Source: Eledone cirrhosa
Taxonomy: Eukaryota
Direction of reading: 5' to 3'
DNA: 64,000 nt
NCBI GenBank assembly: GCA_964016885.1
Contig: OZ024743.1
Location: 363,630,001 to 363,694,000, forward strand
Shown: positions 29,340-44,461 of the stretch, piece after piece
Layout of the letters: every line of letters starts with the position of its first letter
Position numbering within the stretch: the first letter of the stretch is position 1
The notes under the pieces: model-generated
What the model saw: only the letters and a program-made list of their open reading frames with translations
Databases searched by the model: none
Told to the model about the DNA's origin: nothing
Made by a program: the position numbers and the translations under genes

Positions 29340-31700
29340 CGATAGCAACTAACAGCGCTGCGATCGAATGTGGCTTTTTAGCCCAACCAATGATCTAAAA
29401 TGTCTTGCACAGAGTCGGCAACCAAAACATTCACTGGGAATAGCCGGCTGTGGTTGGAGTTCATGTACTTTTGCATGTCGCTTGAGCCGTGTTGCAGATT
29501 TACATTCTCTGCCACATGTTTGGCAAGCATGATGAGTAGCATCTCCAACAGCAGCCTGGTTGTCAACCACTGGTCTTACTTTATGACTGCAAAGATGACT
29601 TTCGAGTCCAGCTTTGCTTAGGCAGAGTCTCGCACAGACGCTGCATGTCAGCACCATAGGAGGACCTTCGCCGTCTGGAAGTGCAACAGCAATGCCTTTC
29701 CTCACATCCCGCTTTACTTTCTCGTATGCGATTCGAGATGCCTCAAAGGCAACTTTTCCCTCATATAGTCTTTCTCCGTTTATTACGATCAGCAGCAATA
29801 TTTTCCCATGTATCAGCAGAGATGTTAGCGTCTTTCAAAGAGGCTTTCAAGGAATCCTTATACCTCTTTTTTGGTTTATGTGGCGGTCATTTTCCTTTAA
29901 CCAACTCTCCATAAAAGAGTTGTTTTGGTATTCTAGAATCCTTCATCCTGGCAAGGTGACCACTCCAACGGTGTCCTTGCTTAAGCACAAGAGCTTCTAT
30001 ACTGTCACACATAGAGCTTTCCAAAATCTCGACATCACTGATGTGGTCCCTTCAGTGAACGCCAAGGATCCGTCTGAGACACATCTGATGGAAACGCTCC
30101 AATTGCTTAAGATGGTGTCGATATGTGACCCAGGTCTCGCAGGCATAAAGAAGACAAGAGAGCACACATGCCTTGTACACCTTTACCTTTGTCCTCCTGC
30201 ATATGCCTCGCCTACCCCAGAGTCGCCTTTCTAGCTTTCCGAAAGCATCACTTGCTTTCCTAATCCTAAGTGAGATTTCACTGTCAAGGTTGCTGTATCG
30301 ATTGACAGTGCTTCCCAGGTAGACAAACTGATCAACCACTCCAAGTCGTTTACCATACACATAGATATTTGGTTCAGTGTACTGCTTACCAGGGGCAGGT
30401 TGATACATGACGACGTTTTTCTTGAGACTGATAGTCAATCCTAGGGCAGTGCAAGCGTCAGAAAATGCATTCAAAATGTGCTGCATATCACTCTCTGTGT
30501 GCGCTACAAGATCGCAATCATCTGCATACAAGAGGTTTCTTATGATTGATGTAAATACTTTTGTCTTTGCAGCAAAGCGCCTGATGTTAAATATGCTGCC
30601 TGGGGTTCGATATCGGATGTAAACACCATGCTCGCAATTCCTGAATGCAATACAGAAAACCATTGCAAAGTATATGGCAAACAGGGTCGGTGCTGGAATA
30701 TCCCCCTGTTTCACTCCATTTTTTACTGAGATAGGCTCTGACATGTTTCCTCCGACATTAACCCAAGCCTTCATGTCGCCATGGAAAGACCTAACTAAAG
30801 CAAGGAACTTATCAGGGCAACCAAGTTTCTGGAGAACCTTCCATAATGCATCTCTGTTAACAGTATCGAAAGCTTTTGTCAGATCGACAAAAACCTGATA
30901 CAGATCCAAACCTTGTTCCATGCACTTCTCCTGGAGCTGTATAGCTGAGAAGATCAAATCAGTAGTGCCGCGTCCAGCACAAAAACCAGATTGACTTTCA
31001 GGAAGAACACAATCTGCAATGTGTGTCAGCATACGGGCCAGAAGCACCCTACATAAAACTTTCCCTACGACAGAAAGCAATGATATACCTCTGTAGTTCC
31101 CGCAATCATTCCTGTTACCCTTTCCCTTGTACAAGACCACCATTACTGCATCTCTCCAGTCTCAGGTACGGATTCATTAGCCCATATCCTGCCAAACAAA
31201 GAGTGAAGATGTTGCAGGAGTCTCTCACCACCATATTGTAGGAGCTCAGCATGTATGCCATCCATACCTGGAGACCTTCCACTGTTCAGCTTCGAGATAG
31301 CCACTGCAACCTCCACAAGCGTCAGAGGTTCTGCGAGAGCTACTTTCACAGGACTCTCTGGAATGAGATTGAGGAAATCTTCACTGACGACAGACGGCTG
31401 ATTCAAAAGATCATCAAAGTTCTCTCGCCACCTCCGTAGAATTCCTTGTAACGTCGAAGCTCCTTTGCAACAAGAGCGGTCCTTCGTTCAGGACGCTCCA
31501 AGGAATCCCTGTCAAGCAGCGTCCGTACGTTCCAGCAGCCAAGACTAAATGCCTTGTTTGGCTCTATTACAATGGCACGAGGACGAGCGGGCCTAGGCTG
31601 TGATAACCTGGGGCCCCTGCCCTTATTGCCAATTATCTTTGTTGTTCCAGAACCTAAATTGCCAATTATCTGCCAATTATTGTTCTGGAAAATCATTGAA
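29340..31700 (-). mobile_element. RTE (BovB-like) LINE, degenerate, with internal deletion of most of the APE domain and three C-terminal C2H2 fingers
   Basis: LGCWNVRTLLD..RPERRTALVAKELRRY start; ORF 30052-31143 with NYRGISLL, FVDLTKAFD, GVKQG, LYADD, YLGS; ORF 29349-29798 with CxxC-x12-H repeats. Confidence 0.92.
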
Positions 31701-31704
31701 TTTG

Positions 31705-31737
<33 letters not shown>

Positions 31738-31744
31738 TAATACT

Positions 31745-31940
31745 AGTAACAATAATTGTTTCTACTTTTGGCACAAGGCCAGCAATTACCCAGTGCATTA
31801 CTGGTACTTTATTTTATCGACCCCGTAAGGATGAAAGGCAAAGTCAACCTCGGCGGGATTTGAACTCAGATCGTAAAAGGGACGTAACTATGCTGGAAAG
31901 CATGGCGTCCGACCCTCTACCGATACTGCCAATCCACCGT
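31745..31940 (-). mobile_element. Nin-domain SINE
   Basis: Same sequence as the 1764-2158 copies. Confidence 0.75.
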
Positions 31941-31959
31941 AACAATAATAATAATAATA

Positions 31960-32326
31960 CGTGTCTGATTGTGGATGTGGCCTGCCCTTTCGACACGAGA
32001 GTGCAAGAGAAGGAGAGGGAGAAAATTAACCGATACCAGGACCTAAAGTGGGAGGTGAAAAGGATTTGGAACTGCCGTGAAGTCAAAGTGATCCCGATGG
32101 TCATAGGCGCACTGGGGACTATCTCCAAAAGTTTCCAGGGATGGTTAAAGAAAATCGGCCCCTTCACGCTTTTTGGAACGCTTCAAAAGGCATGCTTGCT
32201 TGGAACAGCAAGAACCCTCCGATACGTCCTGAATATCTGAGGCTGCAGGTAGTGGCTTGATATTCATTCCAACGGACTTTCCAGTTAACCAACATCAAAG
32301 ACTGAGATTCAAGGAATAACAACAAC

Positions 32327-32376
<50 letters not shown>
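31960..32376 (+). mobile_element. Severely 5'-truncated R4/Dong LINE copy with (AAT)n tail
   Basis: Near-identical to 34803-35190. Confidence 0.9.
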
Positions 32377-32377
<1 letters not shown>

Positions 32378-32396
32378 TTTTTTTTTTTTTTTTAAT

Positions 32397-35190
32397 ACGG
32401 TGAGGAAACTACTTGGTATAAAAGCGAGAGGAAACAACAGACAAGAAAGAGCAGAGCCTTGGTGGAAGAAACGACTGAGTGGTCAAATCAGGGAAATGAG
32501 AAATGACATTGGAAAGCTTGAGTCCCTACTGAATGGGACACTAAAAAACATAGACACTAAAAATAGACTGGAAATAAAGTACAAAACTAGGAGGAAAAAG
32601 CTAAATATTATCATAGAGGAACTGAAGCAACGCATTGTAGCAAAGAGTGCAAAAATCAGGCGATACGAGAACAGAGTCAGTCAGTATAGACAGAACCGCA
32701 TGTTCGACAACAACCAGAAGATGCTGTTTGGGCAGCTTGAAGGGAAAGAAAGAGGCAACGACTTGATCCCTGAGGCGGAACAAACTAAAACATTCTGGAG
32801 AGGAATATAGGAGCAGGATGTTAGACATAATGACCAGGCAGTGTGGATTAAGACAGTACAGAAGGAGATCAGTGAACAGGCACACCAACAAACTGATTTG
32901 AGTATCACAGTTGAAACTCTTAAGGGGCAGGCCAAAAAACTAACCAACTGGAAATCACCAGGCCCAGATGGTATGCAGGGGTATTGGATTAAAAATATAA
33001 CATCCCTCCACCCGAAACTGACAACCATGTTCAATGACTGCTTGATGTCAGGTGAGGTACCAGAGTGGTTGACAAAAGGTACCACAGTTCTGATAATGAA
33101 AGACCGAATCAAGGGTAATGATGTTACCAACTATAGACCTATCACATGTCTGTCCGTAATGTGAAAACTGTTGACGAGCATTATGTCTGAGGAAATCTAC
33201 CATCACCTCCACACAAATAACTTGTTACCGGACGAACAGAAAGGATGCCGAAAGAAGTCACGTGGTACAAAGGACCAGTTACTTATTGATAAGATGGTAA
33301 TGGGGAATTGCAAGAGGAGACACACTGATCTTGCCATGGGATGGATAGACTACAGAAAGGAATTTGACATGGTGCCTCATGCTTGGATCACCAAAAGCTT
33401 GGAGATCTTCAAGGTGGCAGATAACATAAGACAGTTGTTGGGCAAAAGTATGAGGTCCTGGGAAACATAGTTGACATCAACTGGAGAATCCTTGGGAAAC
33501 GTGAAGATCAAGAGAGGTATCTTCCAGGGAGATAGCCTGTCCCCTCTGTTGTTTGTCCTTGCCCTGATGCCCCTGACCAGTGTACTGCGAAAAGTGAGAG
33601 CAGGATACAGGTTGGGAAAGGGAGGGCTTACCATCAATCATGGACGATCTTAAGCTCTTCGGGAAGAGTGAGAAGGAGTTGGATGTGCATGTTGACACTG
33701 TCCGTATTTTCAGCAGTGATATATGCATGCAATTTGGTATTAGTAAGTGTGGAGTCATTGTGATGAGGAGGGGTAGGTTGGGCAGAAGTAACGGAATCCA
33801 GATACCAACAGGTGAGATGATAAAGGAAATTGACTCTGAGGAAGGATACAAGTATTTGGGCGTTCTGGAGGCTGATGGCATAAAGAACAAAAAAATGAAG
33901 GAATTGTTAAGAACTGAATACATTCGGAGAGTAAGGAGCGTATTGAAGTCACATCTGAACAGCAGAAATGCCATAAGCGCAGTAAATTCCCGAGCTGTGT
34001 CTATTATTAGGTACAGTACGGGAATTCTGAGATGGAATGTTGCTGAACAAAAAGAAATGGATAGGAAGACTAGGAAGCTATTGACTATCTACAACATGTT
34101 CTACAAGAGGAGTGATGTCGATAGACTCTACTTAAGGAGATCTGAGGGTGAAAGAGGTCTTATCAACATAGAGGACTGTGTTCAGATGGAGAAAAACAAC
34201 CTACACAAATACGTGACTGATAGTAAGGAGCCAATGCTCAGAACTGTACTGAAGGGGGGGGGGGGGACAATAGGCCAGGGGATGTCCAAGGAGGAAATAA
34301 CATCAAGGAGAAAGAGCAGCCTTCAGGAAAAATCCCTTCATAGTACCTTCTTTGAGAAAACTGAATTTAGAGATCCACAGACATGGAACTGGTTGAAAAG
34401 AGGAGACCTTAAAAAGGCTACAGAAGGAATGTTAATGGCTGCGCAGGAGCAGGCCCTCAAAACGAAGTGGTTGAAACACCATATTTACAAGGAGGAGGCT
34501 AGCCCACTGTGCAGGATCTGTGGAGAGAGAGAGGAGACTGTGGCTCACATTGTATCCGAGTGTAAACACCTAGCCCAGACCCACTATAAGGGCTGGAGAC
34601 ATGATGTGATGGGCAGGGTGATCCACTGACACCTGTGCAAAGTAAACAATTTACCACATTCTGAGAAATAGTATGAGCATAAGCCAGGGGCGGTGATAGA
34701 GAACGATCAGGTGAAGGTGCTGTGGGATTTTAGGATACAGACGGACAAGAAACTGGAACACAATAGACCTGACCTGGTGGTTGTGGACAAAGAAAAAAGA
34801 TCGTGTCTGATTGTGGATGTGGCCTGCCCATTCGACACGAGAGTGCAAGAGAAGGAGAGGGAGAAAATTAACCGATACCAGGACTTAAAGTGGGAGGTAA
34901 AAAGGATTTGGAACTGCCATGAAGTCAAAGTGATCCCGATTGTCATAGGCGCACTAGGGACTATCTCCAAAAGTTTCCAGGGATGGTTAAAGAAAATCGG
35001 CCCCTTCACGCTTTTTGGAACGCTTCAAAAGGCATGCTTGCTGGGAACAGCAAGAACCCTCCGATACGTCCTGAATATCTGAGGCTGCAGGTAGTGGCTT
35101 GATATTCATTCCAACAAACTTTCCAGTTAACTAACATCAATGACTGAGACTCAAGGAGTAATAACAATAATAATAATAATAATAATAATA
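32397..35190 (+). mobile_element. R4/Dong-clade LINE (RT + CCHC + RLE), 5'-truncated, with stops and frameshifts
   Basis: [78 protein letters not shown]; (AAT)n tail and (AAT)n upstream. Confidence 0.93.
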
Positions 35191-35640
35191 CACTATTAAT
35201 AATTATTAATGCACTCGTGCAATGCCTGTGCGTGACGAATATTTTTAAATTGAGGAAAGACTGTGCACTGAGCCAATCCCACTCTCTGAGCGACAGTAGC
35301 TATAACCCGAAAAGAAGAAAAGATCAACATCATCGGTAACTACTGAGCCGCAGGTTTTATGTCGGAGATAACCAAGTTTCCTGAGATGTCTTCTCCTAGA
35401 AGAATGCCCTGACAAGGACTAGGAGTTCTTCACTCCCAGTGGTTTAACTGCGCGATTAGGACATTCAGCCCGATTATTTCTATGTCCCCGCGCAAAAAAA
35501 AAAAAAAAATCACTTATTGACACTTATACGTACGACATACACACACGCGCATACATACGCGCGCACACACATGCATACATACGCGCGCACACAGCAACAC
35601 TCATACATACAAACAAACACACACCACACGCTACTCACTT

Positions 35641-35692
<52 letters not shown>

Positions 35693-36074
35693 CCGTCATT
35701 ATTGATACAAGATTACAAGATTATGTCAACTGTTGACTTTCAAGAGTTTGTATAGTTGAAGCCATTCGTATTACAGTCCAGTATTATTATAATTGCTTTA
35801 CAGCATAGAGCTATGGCTCTCCACGCTCTGAACTTAAATCCCGCCGAGGTCAACCTTGCCTTTCATCTCCACGGAGTCAACAAAAGAGTACCAGTAATGC
35901 GCTGGACCAATCGCTGGTGATGGTGATGGCGGCGGCGGTGGTGGTGGTGGCAGTTGATGTTGTTGTTGTGTTGTGTGCGTGTGTGTGTGTTTTGTTATTT
36001 TTAGTTTTTTTGTTTGTTTGTGGGGTTTTTTGTTTTTTTTTATCGTACATAAATACATACATACATACATACAT

Positions 36075-36877
36075 GGTGGCTGCCAACTCGTTTTCGAGTA
36101 CGGCCACTACTTTATATCCATGTAGGAGAACCCCTACCGATGCGTTGAACAAGTGTGACTTTTTAGTCCAGCCAGCGACTTGAAAACTCTGGTACAAACA
36201 CTACACTTGTGACAATTATTGACACATAGTGCTGGGCCCATGGTACCATGTGACGACAAGTGCAAAGAGATCTCCAGATATAAAGCAATGCCTGTGCCGT
36301 GAAGCTTTTATAGTGAGCAAAGGCACTGCACAAAGCCAGTCCCACTCTCTTAACCAAGATGATATTTACCAAAAAGAAGAACAAGTCAACATCATTGGAT
36401 ACCATCAGGGTTGCAAGTGTTATATCACACATATATATATACACACATATATATACACACATATATATATATATATGGTGGCTGCCAACTCGTTTTCGAG
36501 TACGGCCACTACTTTATATCAATGTAGGAGAACCCCTACCGATGGGCTGAACGAATGTGACTTTTTAGTCCGGCCAGCAACTTGAAAACTCTGGTACAAA
36601 CACTACACTTGTGACAATTATTGAGACATAGTGCTGGGCCCATGGTACCATGTGACGACAAGTGCTGAGAGATCTCCAGATATAAAGCAATGCCTGTGCC
36701 GTGAAGCTTTTATAGTGAGCAAAGGCACTGCACAAAGCCAGTCCCACTCTCTTAACCAAGATGATATTTACCAAAAAGAAGAACAAGTCAACATCATTGG
36801 ATACCATCAGGGTTGCAGGTGTTATATCAGAGTTTTCCTTCTCCTAGAATTCTGCCTTGACAAAGGCTAAGGGGTCA
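36075..36877 (-). mobile_element. Two adjacent family G copies (36075-36427; 36477-36877); a diverged relative lies at ~35215-35445
   Basis: Direct repeat; (TACA)n flanks. Confidence 0.8.
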
Positions 36878-37798
36878 TACATACATACATACATACATAC
36901 ATACATACATACATACATACATACATACATACATACATACATACATACATACATACACATATGAGTAGAGGTTGTGGAATATCTGACACGCGTTTCACTA
37001 TAATTACGTAACAATTGCATCAGTCTTACTTGGTGATTATGTAACAGACAAAAATTACTGAGCTCTGCTTTGAAAGATATTACAATTACAGCTGATTATT
37101 TTCATGAACAGGAAAACGACCAATCAGCATTTGAGAATAGTTAGGATATTCTTGACGATGACAGAAAATCAATATGCACAGTCGGCATTGTCGACTTTAT
37201 TGATAGGGAGAGGCTTTTAGTATTCAATTATAATTTAACATATAGCTAAACATGATTTTAGTAGTTTGTAGCTGGTTGAGATGTCTAGGTATTTGGGTGG
37301 ATCTGATAAGAATGTGGTAAATATCCTTAATTAGGTATTAAGATAAAGGAATCACTTATCTAGCTTCCTTTGTTTATACGTTTGTTTTGAAATTATTTTA
37401 TTCCCTGGTGACATGATGTCTGCATACGTTTGTGCCTGTGTGTGTGTAATCTACAATTATAGAGACGTTTGAAGACCTCCTTAATTATCCTTTGTTGTCA
37501 TATAAAAATTACATATTACTCAATATTTATAGAATTCTAGTAGAAAAAGCTAGAACAAAAAAAAAATAAACAACAAATGAAAAGAACAGAAAAGCATCGC
37601 CTTGCGAAAAGCATTTAAGATTGATATCTAACTGTTATTTTTCGTACGCTATACATGGAAAAATTCCAGTTTTTATGATGTGGAGAAAACAATTTATCAT
37701 ATTAAGTACAATATGGTTATGCAAGTTAATCTATATATAAATAAATTAATGTTATGTTTAAAGGCCATCAATCAATGATAAACAAATGTACTTTTAGT

Positions 37799-38040
37799 AT
37801 CATCATCATCATCATCATCAACGTTTAACGTCCGTGTTCCACGCTTGCATGGGTTTGGACGGGGGTAGTCCCACTTGAGGCAAGAGTGATTGTCTTGCTC
37901 GCATAGGACTGTCTGGCAGGTTTTCTACAGTTGGATGCCCTTCCTAACACCAACCACATTTACAGTGTGGGTCTGGGAGGTTTTTACCGTGTTGCCTACA
38001 CGGCCACATTACAGCGTGGACTGTGTGTTTTTTTGTCGTG
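37799..38040 (-). mobile_element. Non-autonomous retroposon with (GAT)n tail
   Basis: Minus strand: gttaggaagggcatccaactgtagaaa ... cccatgcaagcgtggaacacggacgttaaacgttgatgatgat. Confidence 0.55.
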
Positions 38041-38808
38041 ACAATACAAACAAATAATTTTAAGCATGTAGCTTGTGAAGTGCCGAGGATATGGAAATAC
38101 TGTTTGCCAAACATACTCTACTAAATAAGAACCATGAGTGAATGACTTATTGTAACTACAGAGTATATAAATCTTACATACATTTACAACGCACCATACA
38201 CACCCAGATAGATATTATTTGGACTTTGATGAAAATTATATAACTATTGAAACTAAATGCACCCCCACAACAAGTATTTGGACAACACACGAAGAACAAT
38301 TAGTCCACACACATTTAATAAGTAATTTAACAAATATGTGTGTCTTTGGTATATCATTCTTCGACGCTATGTTGTTTTTTTACTTACTGTTAATTATAAT
38401 GTAAGAATCTTAGATTACTTTTAGCGCTTCTTATTACATTTTGATTGGGTTAATTAATGAATAGCTTCATTATACACACTGTAAAATATGGATATTCCAA
38501 CACAAATATTTTTACATCAGTGTTCCTAAAGTGTGTTAGATTAATTTCTCCCCTCCTTTATTTTTACTAATAAACAAATCCCAAAATAGAAAAGCTACAC
38601 ATCTGCAATATGTCATCTTGATGCCCTTATGTAGATCGCAGTAATTATTAATACTTGTAATAATACATTTTAACTATAGATATTTGACTTTATAGTATTC
38701 GAATATAGATGAGTTGTAGTAAGGATTGGAATATATTGAACTGGATTAGTAGCGTAGTAGCGTACACACACACACATGCGCATATATATATATGGGGGGG
38801 GGGGGGGG

Positions 38809-38992
38809 TATGTAATAAACAACATAAGACAATTATTCCATTTACCAAAGGTTTCACGAAGACAGACGAGCTCAATAGAGACGTCTGAAATCGCTCATCA
38901 GAATGAGCGATTTCAGACGTCTCTGTTGAGCTCGTCTGTCTTCGTGAAACCTTTGGTAAATGGAATAATTGTCTTATGTTGTTTATTACATA
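38809..38992. repeat. 184 bp near-perfect palindrome centred on an HHR core
   Basis: Arms 38809-38898 / 38903-38992 with one mismatch and a 4 nt loop. Confidence 0.9.
38839..38905 (-). ncRNA. Type-I hammerhead with extended stem II
   Basis: cauu-CUGAUGA-gcga..cagacg..cguCug..ucgu-GAAA-cc(uuu)gg-UA-aaug. Confidence 0.65.
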
Positions 38993-39074
38993 ATTAAATA
39001 GATCTGTAGCATACATAGAGCACTCTGCTTTCCTTTCCCTTACCACGGAAATACTTCATATATATATATATATA

Positions 39075-39757
<683 letters not shown>

Positions 39758-39835
39758 TATATATATTGATAGAGGACTCTTTAACATCTGCAACGAACTT
39801 CGCATTTTCCTCATCTCCCTCCCCTCTCTCTCTGT

Positions 39836-39943
<108 letters not shown>

Positions 39944-39974
39944 CAATAATCAAAGTTCAGTTTAAGTCATTTAT

Positions 39975-40023
39975 TTGCTTACAATTGTTTCCTCCAAACC
40001 GAGGTTTGGATTCTTCGGAGCAA
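39975..40023 (-). ncRNA. Hammerhead, U4C core variant
   Basis: uugcu-CCGAAGA-auccaaacc(uc)gguuuggag-GAAA-caauug-UA-agcaa. Confidence 0.6.
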
Positions 40024-42671
40024 CTATTTACTGATCTATAACATACTTGACCTCCTTTTCAACTCAAGAGACACATAAAACATATGCGCATATTGATCAA
40101 CAGTGGGGTGACATTCATCAAATTATATAGCATGGCAATTTGCATATAAAGGTTACAGGATAAAAATAAAATAAAAACAAGAATGAAAATACAGATAAAC
40201 ATGAAGCGTTGGCAGTCTATGAAGATAAAGCAAGAGCAAAGTTTAGAGTAGTCAGTGTATGAAACAGTTTCACGTGTAGCATGCACGCGTGTCTTATTTA
40301 TACATGATTAGGGAATATATATAGAGAACACTTGTCTATCGTATAATTCGCGGTGGTTCAGCATATAATCAAGCTATAAATCGTATCCAGTCGGTTCTTA
40401 ATTAATAGATCGTGCTGTCCAGATTCCGGAAGTGTCTGAATGACTAAGGGGAATTAATGCGTAAGGGGAGGTAACTAGCTAGTTATCTTAGTTAAATTAC
40501 TATCCTAAACAGCATTAACGGTGATTCAAATACGTGCCTATCATATGAAGTTATAACTAATTTCTAGAGTATGTTACCCATTTTTAGGTTAGAGAGTTGT
40601 CCATTAAGAAGTACAAGGGTGTATATATTAGGATGATTACCATCCATTAAGGTGTGTCATATCTGAACGTTCTATAAGAGGAGTCAGACTCTCAAGTCAC
40701 TGTTCCATGCAAATGTAATATAACAGTAGGACCTGGTATGGTCCCACTATTATATATGCCACCCGGTAGGCTCCGGGTCATTGCATGTCTGAATCTCCAG
40801 TAAATCTTCGGTATGGTCCGGAGATCCAATTTCTCATATAAAGGCACTAGTCTGGCCATCAAGCAATAGACAACCCCCGTCTCATATATAAATCAATTAA
40901 GTATCACATCTACAAGCCAGAGTGGAGTCTATTAATAGGTACTAATATAAGTTTAGTATAAACCGGGGACACGGTACCGGTTGCGATAACATAGTCCTGG
41001 GCATGGATTCCCACCAAGAGATAGATTGATGATTAGATAGATAATCGTATTGTTATGTGAATATATACTGTAAACGATCAGTTCAATGAATTATGCACGG
41101 GAGATGCATGAGTTAGGAGCTTCTGTGTTGCCTGGTGACCTGACCGGCACCTTTTGACGAATGAACCGGCCACCGGACCACCCTGGTGAACTTACCGGCG
41201 ATGCAGTCATACTACGACCTGAATCTCGCCGGGAGTCATGTATGATAATAAGACCATTACTGATAGTGAGACCTATGTAGTTAATTATGTAGTCCGACTC
41301 TTCTTATGGATTGGCCGGGTGTGGCACCCCATGTTGGATTGTGGTCATCATGATACGAACTCCTTTAGTACTTGTTACTGGACTCCACTCTAACTTGTGG
41401 ATGAGATACCTGATCTATATGTGGGACGTGGGTTTATGTATTGCTTGGTGGCAAGACAGGTGCCCTGGTATGAGAGATTTAACCTCCAGATTGTAATCAT
41501 CTTGATGTGAACTCCTTTAGTACCTATTAATAGACTCCACTCTGGCTTGTAGATGTGATACTTAATTGATTTATATATGAGACGGGGGTTGTCTATTCCT
41601 TGATGACCAGACTAGTGCCTTTATATGAGAAATTGGATCTCCGGACCATACCGAAGATTTACTGGAGATTCAGACATGCAATGACCCGGAGCCTACCGGG
41701 TGGCATATATAATAGTGGGACCATACCAGGTCCTACTGTTATATTACATTTACATGGAACAGTGACTTGAGAGTCTGACTCCTCTTATAGAACGTTCAGA
41801 TATGACACACCTTAATGGATGGTAGTCATCCTAATATATACACCCTTGTACTTCTTAATGGACAACTCTCTAACCTAAAAATGGGTAACATACTCTAGAA
41901 ATTAGTTATAACTTCATATGATAGGCACGTATTTGAATCACCATTAATGCTGTTTAGGATAGTAATTTAACTAAGATAACTAGCTAGTTACCTCCCCTTA
42001 CGCATTAATTCCCCTTAGTCATTCAGACACTTCCGGAATCTGGACAGCACGATCTATTAATTAAGAACCGACTGGATACGATTTATAGCTTGATTATATG
42101 CTGAACCACCGCGAATTATACGATAGACAAGTGTTCTCTATATATATTGCGTCTCATGGATTATGTGAGTGGTGGAGTGAGCGAGGACAGTGGTACGGCT
42201 TTGCTTACGATATAATAAGGTTTTTAGTATGTGGAAAGTTTTTGATATTTTGGTGTTTCCCTGCATCCGAGACTGTATATCATACAGATGTATGAGAATA
42301 AATGACTTAATAATCCAGCCCACATAATAAGATCGATTGCCTGCTTCAACTGCCTGACCCTGCAAATATCATTCTGACGCACTCTAATCATGTATAAATA
42401 AGACACGCGTGCATGCTACACGTGAAACTGTTTCATACACTGACTACTCTAAACTTTGCTCTTGCTTTATCTTCATAGACTGCCAACGCTTCATGTTTCT
42501 CTTTATTTTCATTCTTGTTTTTATTTTATTTTTATCCTGTAACCTTTATATGCAAATTGCCATGCTATATCATTTGATGAATGTCACCCCACTGTTGATC
42601 AATATGCGCATATGTTTTATGTGTCTCTTGGGTTGAAAAGGAGGTCAAGTATGTTATAGATCAGTAAATAG

Positions 42672-42720
42672 TTGCTCCGAAGAATCCAAACCTCGGTTTG
42701 GAGGAAACAATTGTAAGCAA
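42672..42720 (+). ncRNA. Hammerhead, U4C core variant (mirror copy)
   Basis: As 39975-40023; AATAAA at 42720. Confidence 0.6.
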
Positions 42721-43079
42721 ATAAATGACTTAAACTGAACTTTGATTATTGTAATCTCTATATAACTGCTCTGTAAAACAACTGATGTTATTACATTGAG
42801 CTATTTATCTTACTGGTAATAGGATAGTAATTAATGACTATATTTCACTATTTAGGGTTTGTGTATATATAATATATTACCATGAAAGGTTTTATTGCAT
42901 ACATAGCCATAAATAGTACCCTTAATACTATATATATATATATATAAATGTAATCTGAGTTTTTCGAATATTAATAATAGTATTCGATTCGTTTGCAACT
43001 ATGCAAACAGCCTCCATTTTAAGCAATGTCAGTAGAATGAGCCCCTCATTCTTGCTCTTGTGTTGGCATGTAAACATAT

Positions 43080-43623
<544 letters not shown>

Positions 43624-44461
43624 GTATATATATATATATGTATAGAGAGAGAGAGAGGGGGGGGAGAATGATGAAAATGCGAATTTCGGCGCAGATGTTA
43701 AAGAGTCCTCTATCAATAAATCTGCGATACATATTTCAATGACGAGCGTGATCACGTGATTGTTCAATCATGAAACCTGTCACGTGATCTCATCGGACAG
43801 CATCATTATGTAATAAGGTTACGTTTCCGAGGCAATCCAAACCAAAGATAAGAAGCAAGGGAACGGAGAAAAATGCTGTTTTCGTAGCTTCTCTCCGTTC
43901 CCTTGTGAGCTACAGTTCCTCTCTACAGCTTTGAGCAGGTGCAGAGGTGGAGGAAGCTGACCATCTAACCACCACCCAATTCAATGCAAGCATAGGTAAG
44001 CCTCTATCACATACCAAGCTCCTCCCACCCCAGCCGGTGAGATGACACGGTCATAGAGTTCAATTCGGCCTAAAAGTTATAGTTTACTGCTAGTCCAGCG
44101 TTCAGCAGACGCCAGCAGCAGTAAAACAGAATCCTGTAGTAGGGTGCATGCGTCACTACTACACATTTTTATGGTGGGATAATGTATTGACTGTTGACTG
44201 CACAGTGGATATATAACTTAATGCTCGGGTCTAGACATAAGAATTTCACAGTGGAAATTAAAATTAGAATTAAAATTAACAATTAAAAACTAAAAATTAA
44301 AAATCATAACTTCAGAATCATCAATTGAAGAAAATGAAAATAAAAGTAAAGATGTATAAATTAGTGTTAGAAAAATGGGTTCAATATTGGATATTGAATA
44401 TTGAGAGTTAGTGATTAACAATTTAATGTTTCATATTATATGAGGCATACTATCTATATGT

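Noticed and set aside
29614-33974. Long antisense ORFs over the RTE and Dong elements
   Set aside because: Shadow frames of LINE coding sequence
43856-43907. Isolated hairpin gcaagggaacggaga / tctccgttcccttgt as a pre-miRNA or ribozyme
   Set aside because: Single occurrence with no supporting motif; cannot be assigned from sequence alone
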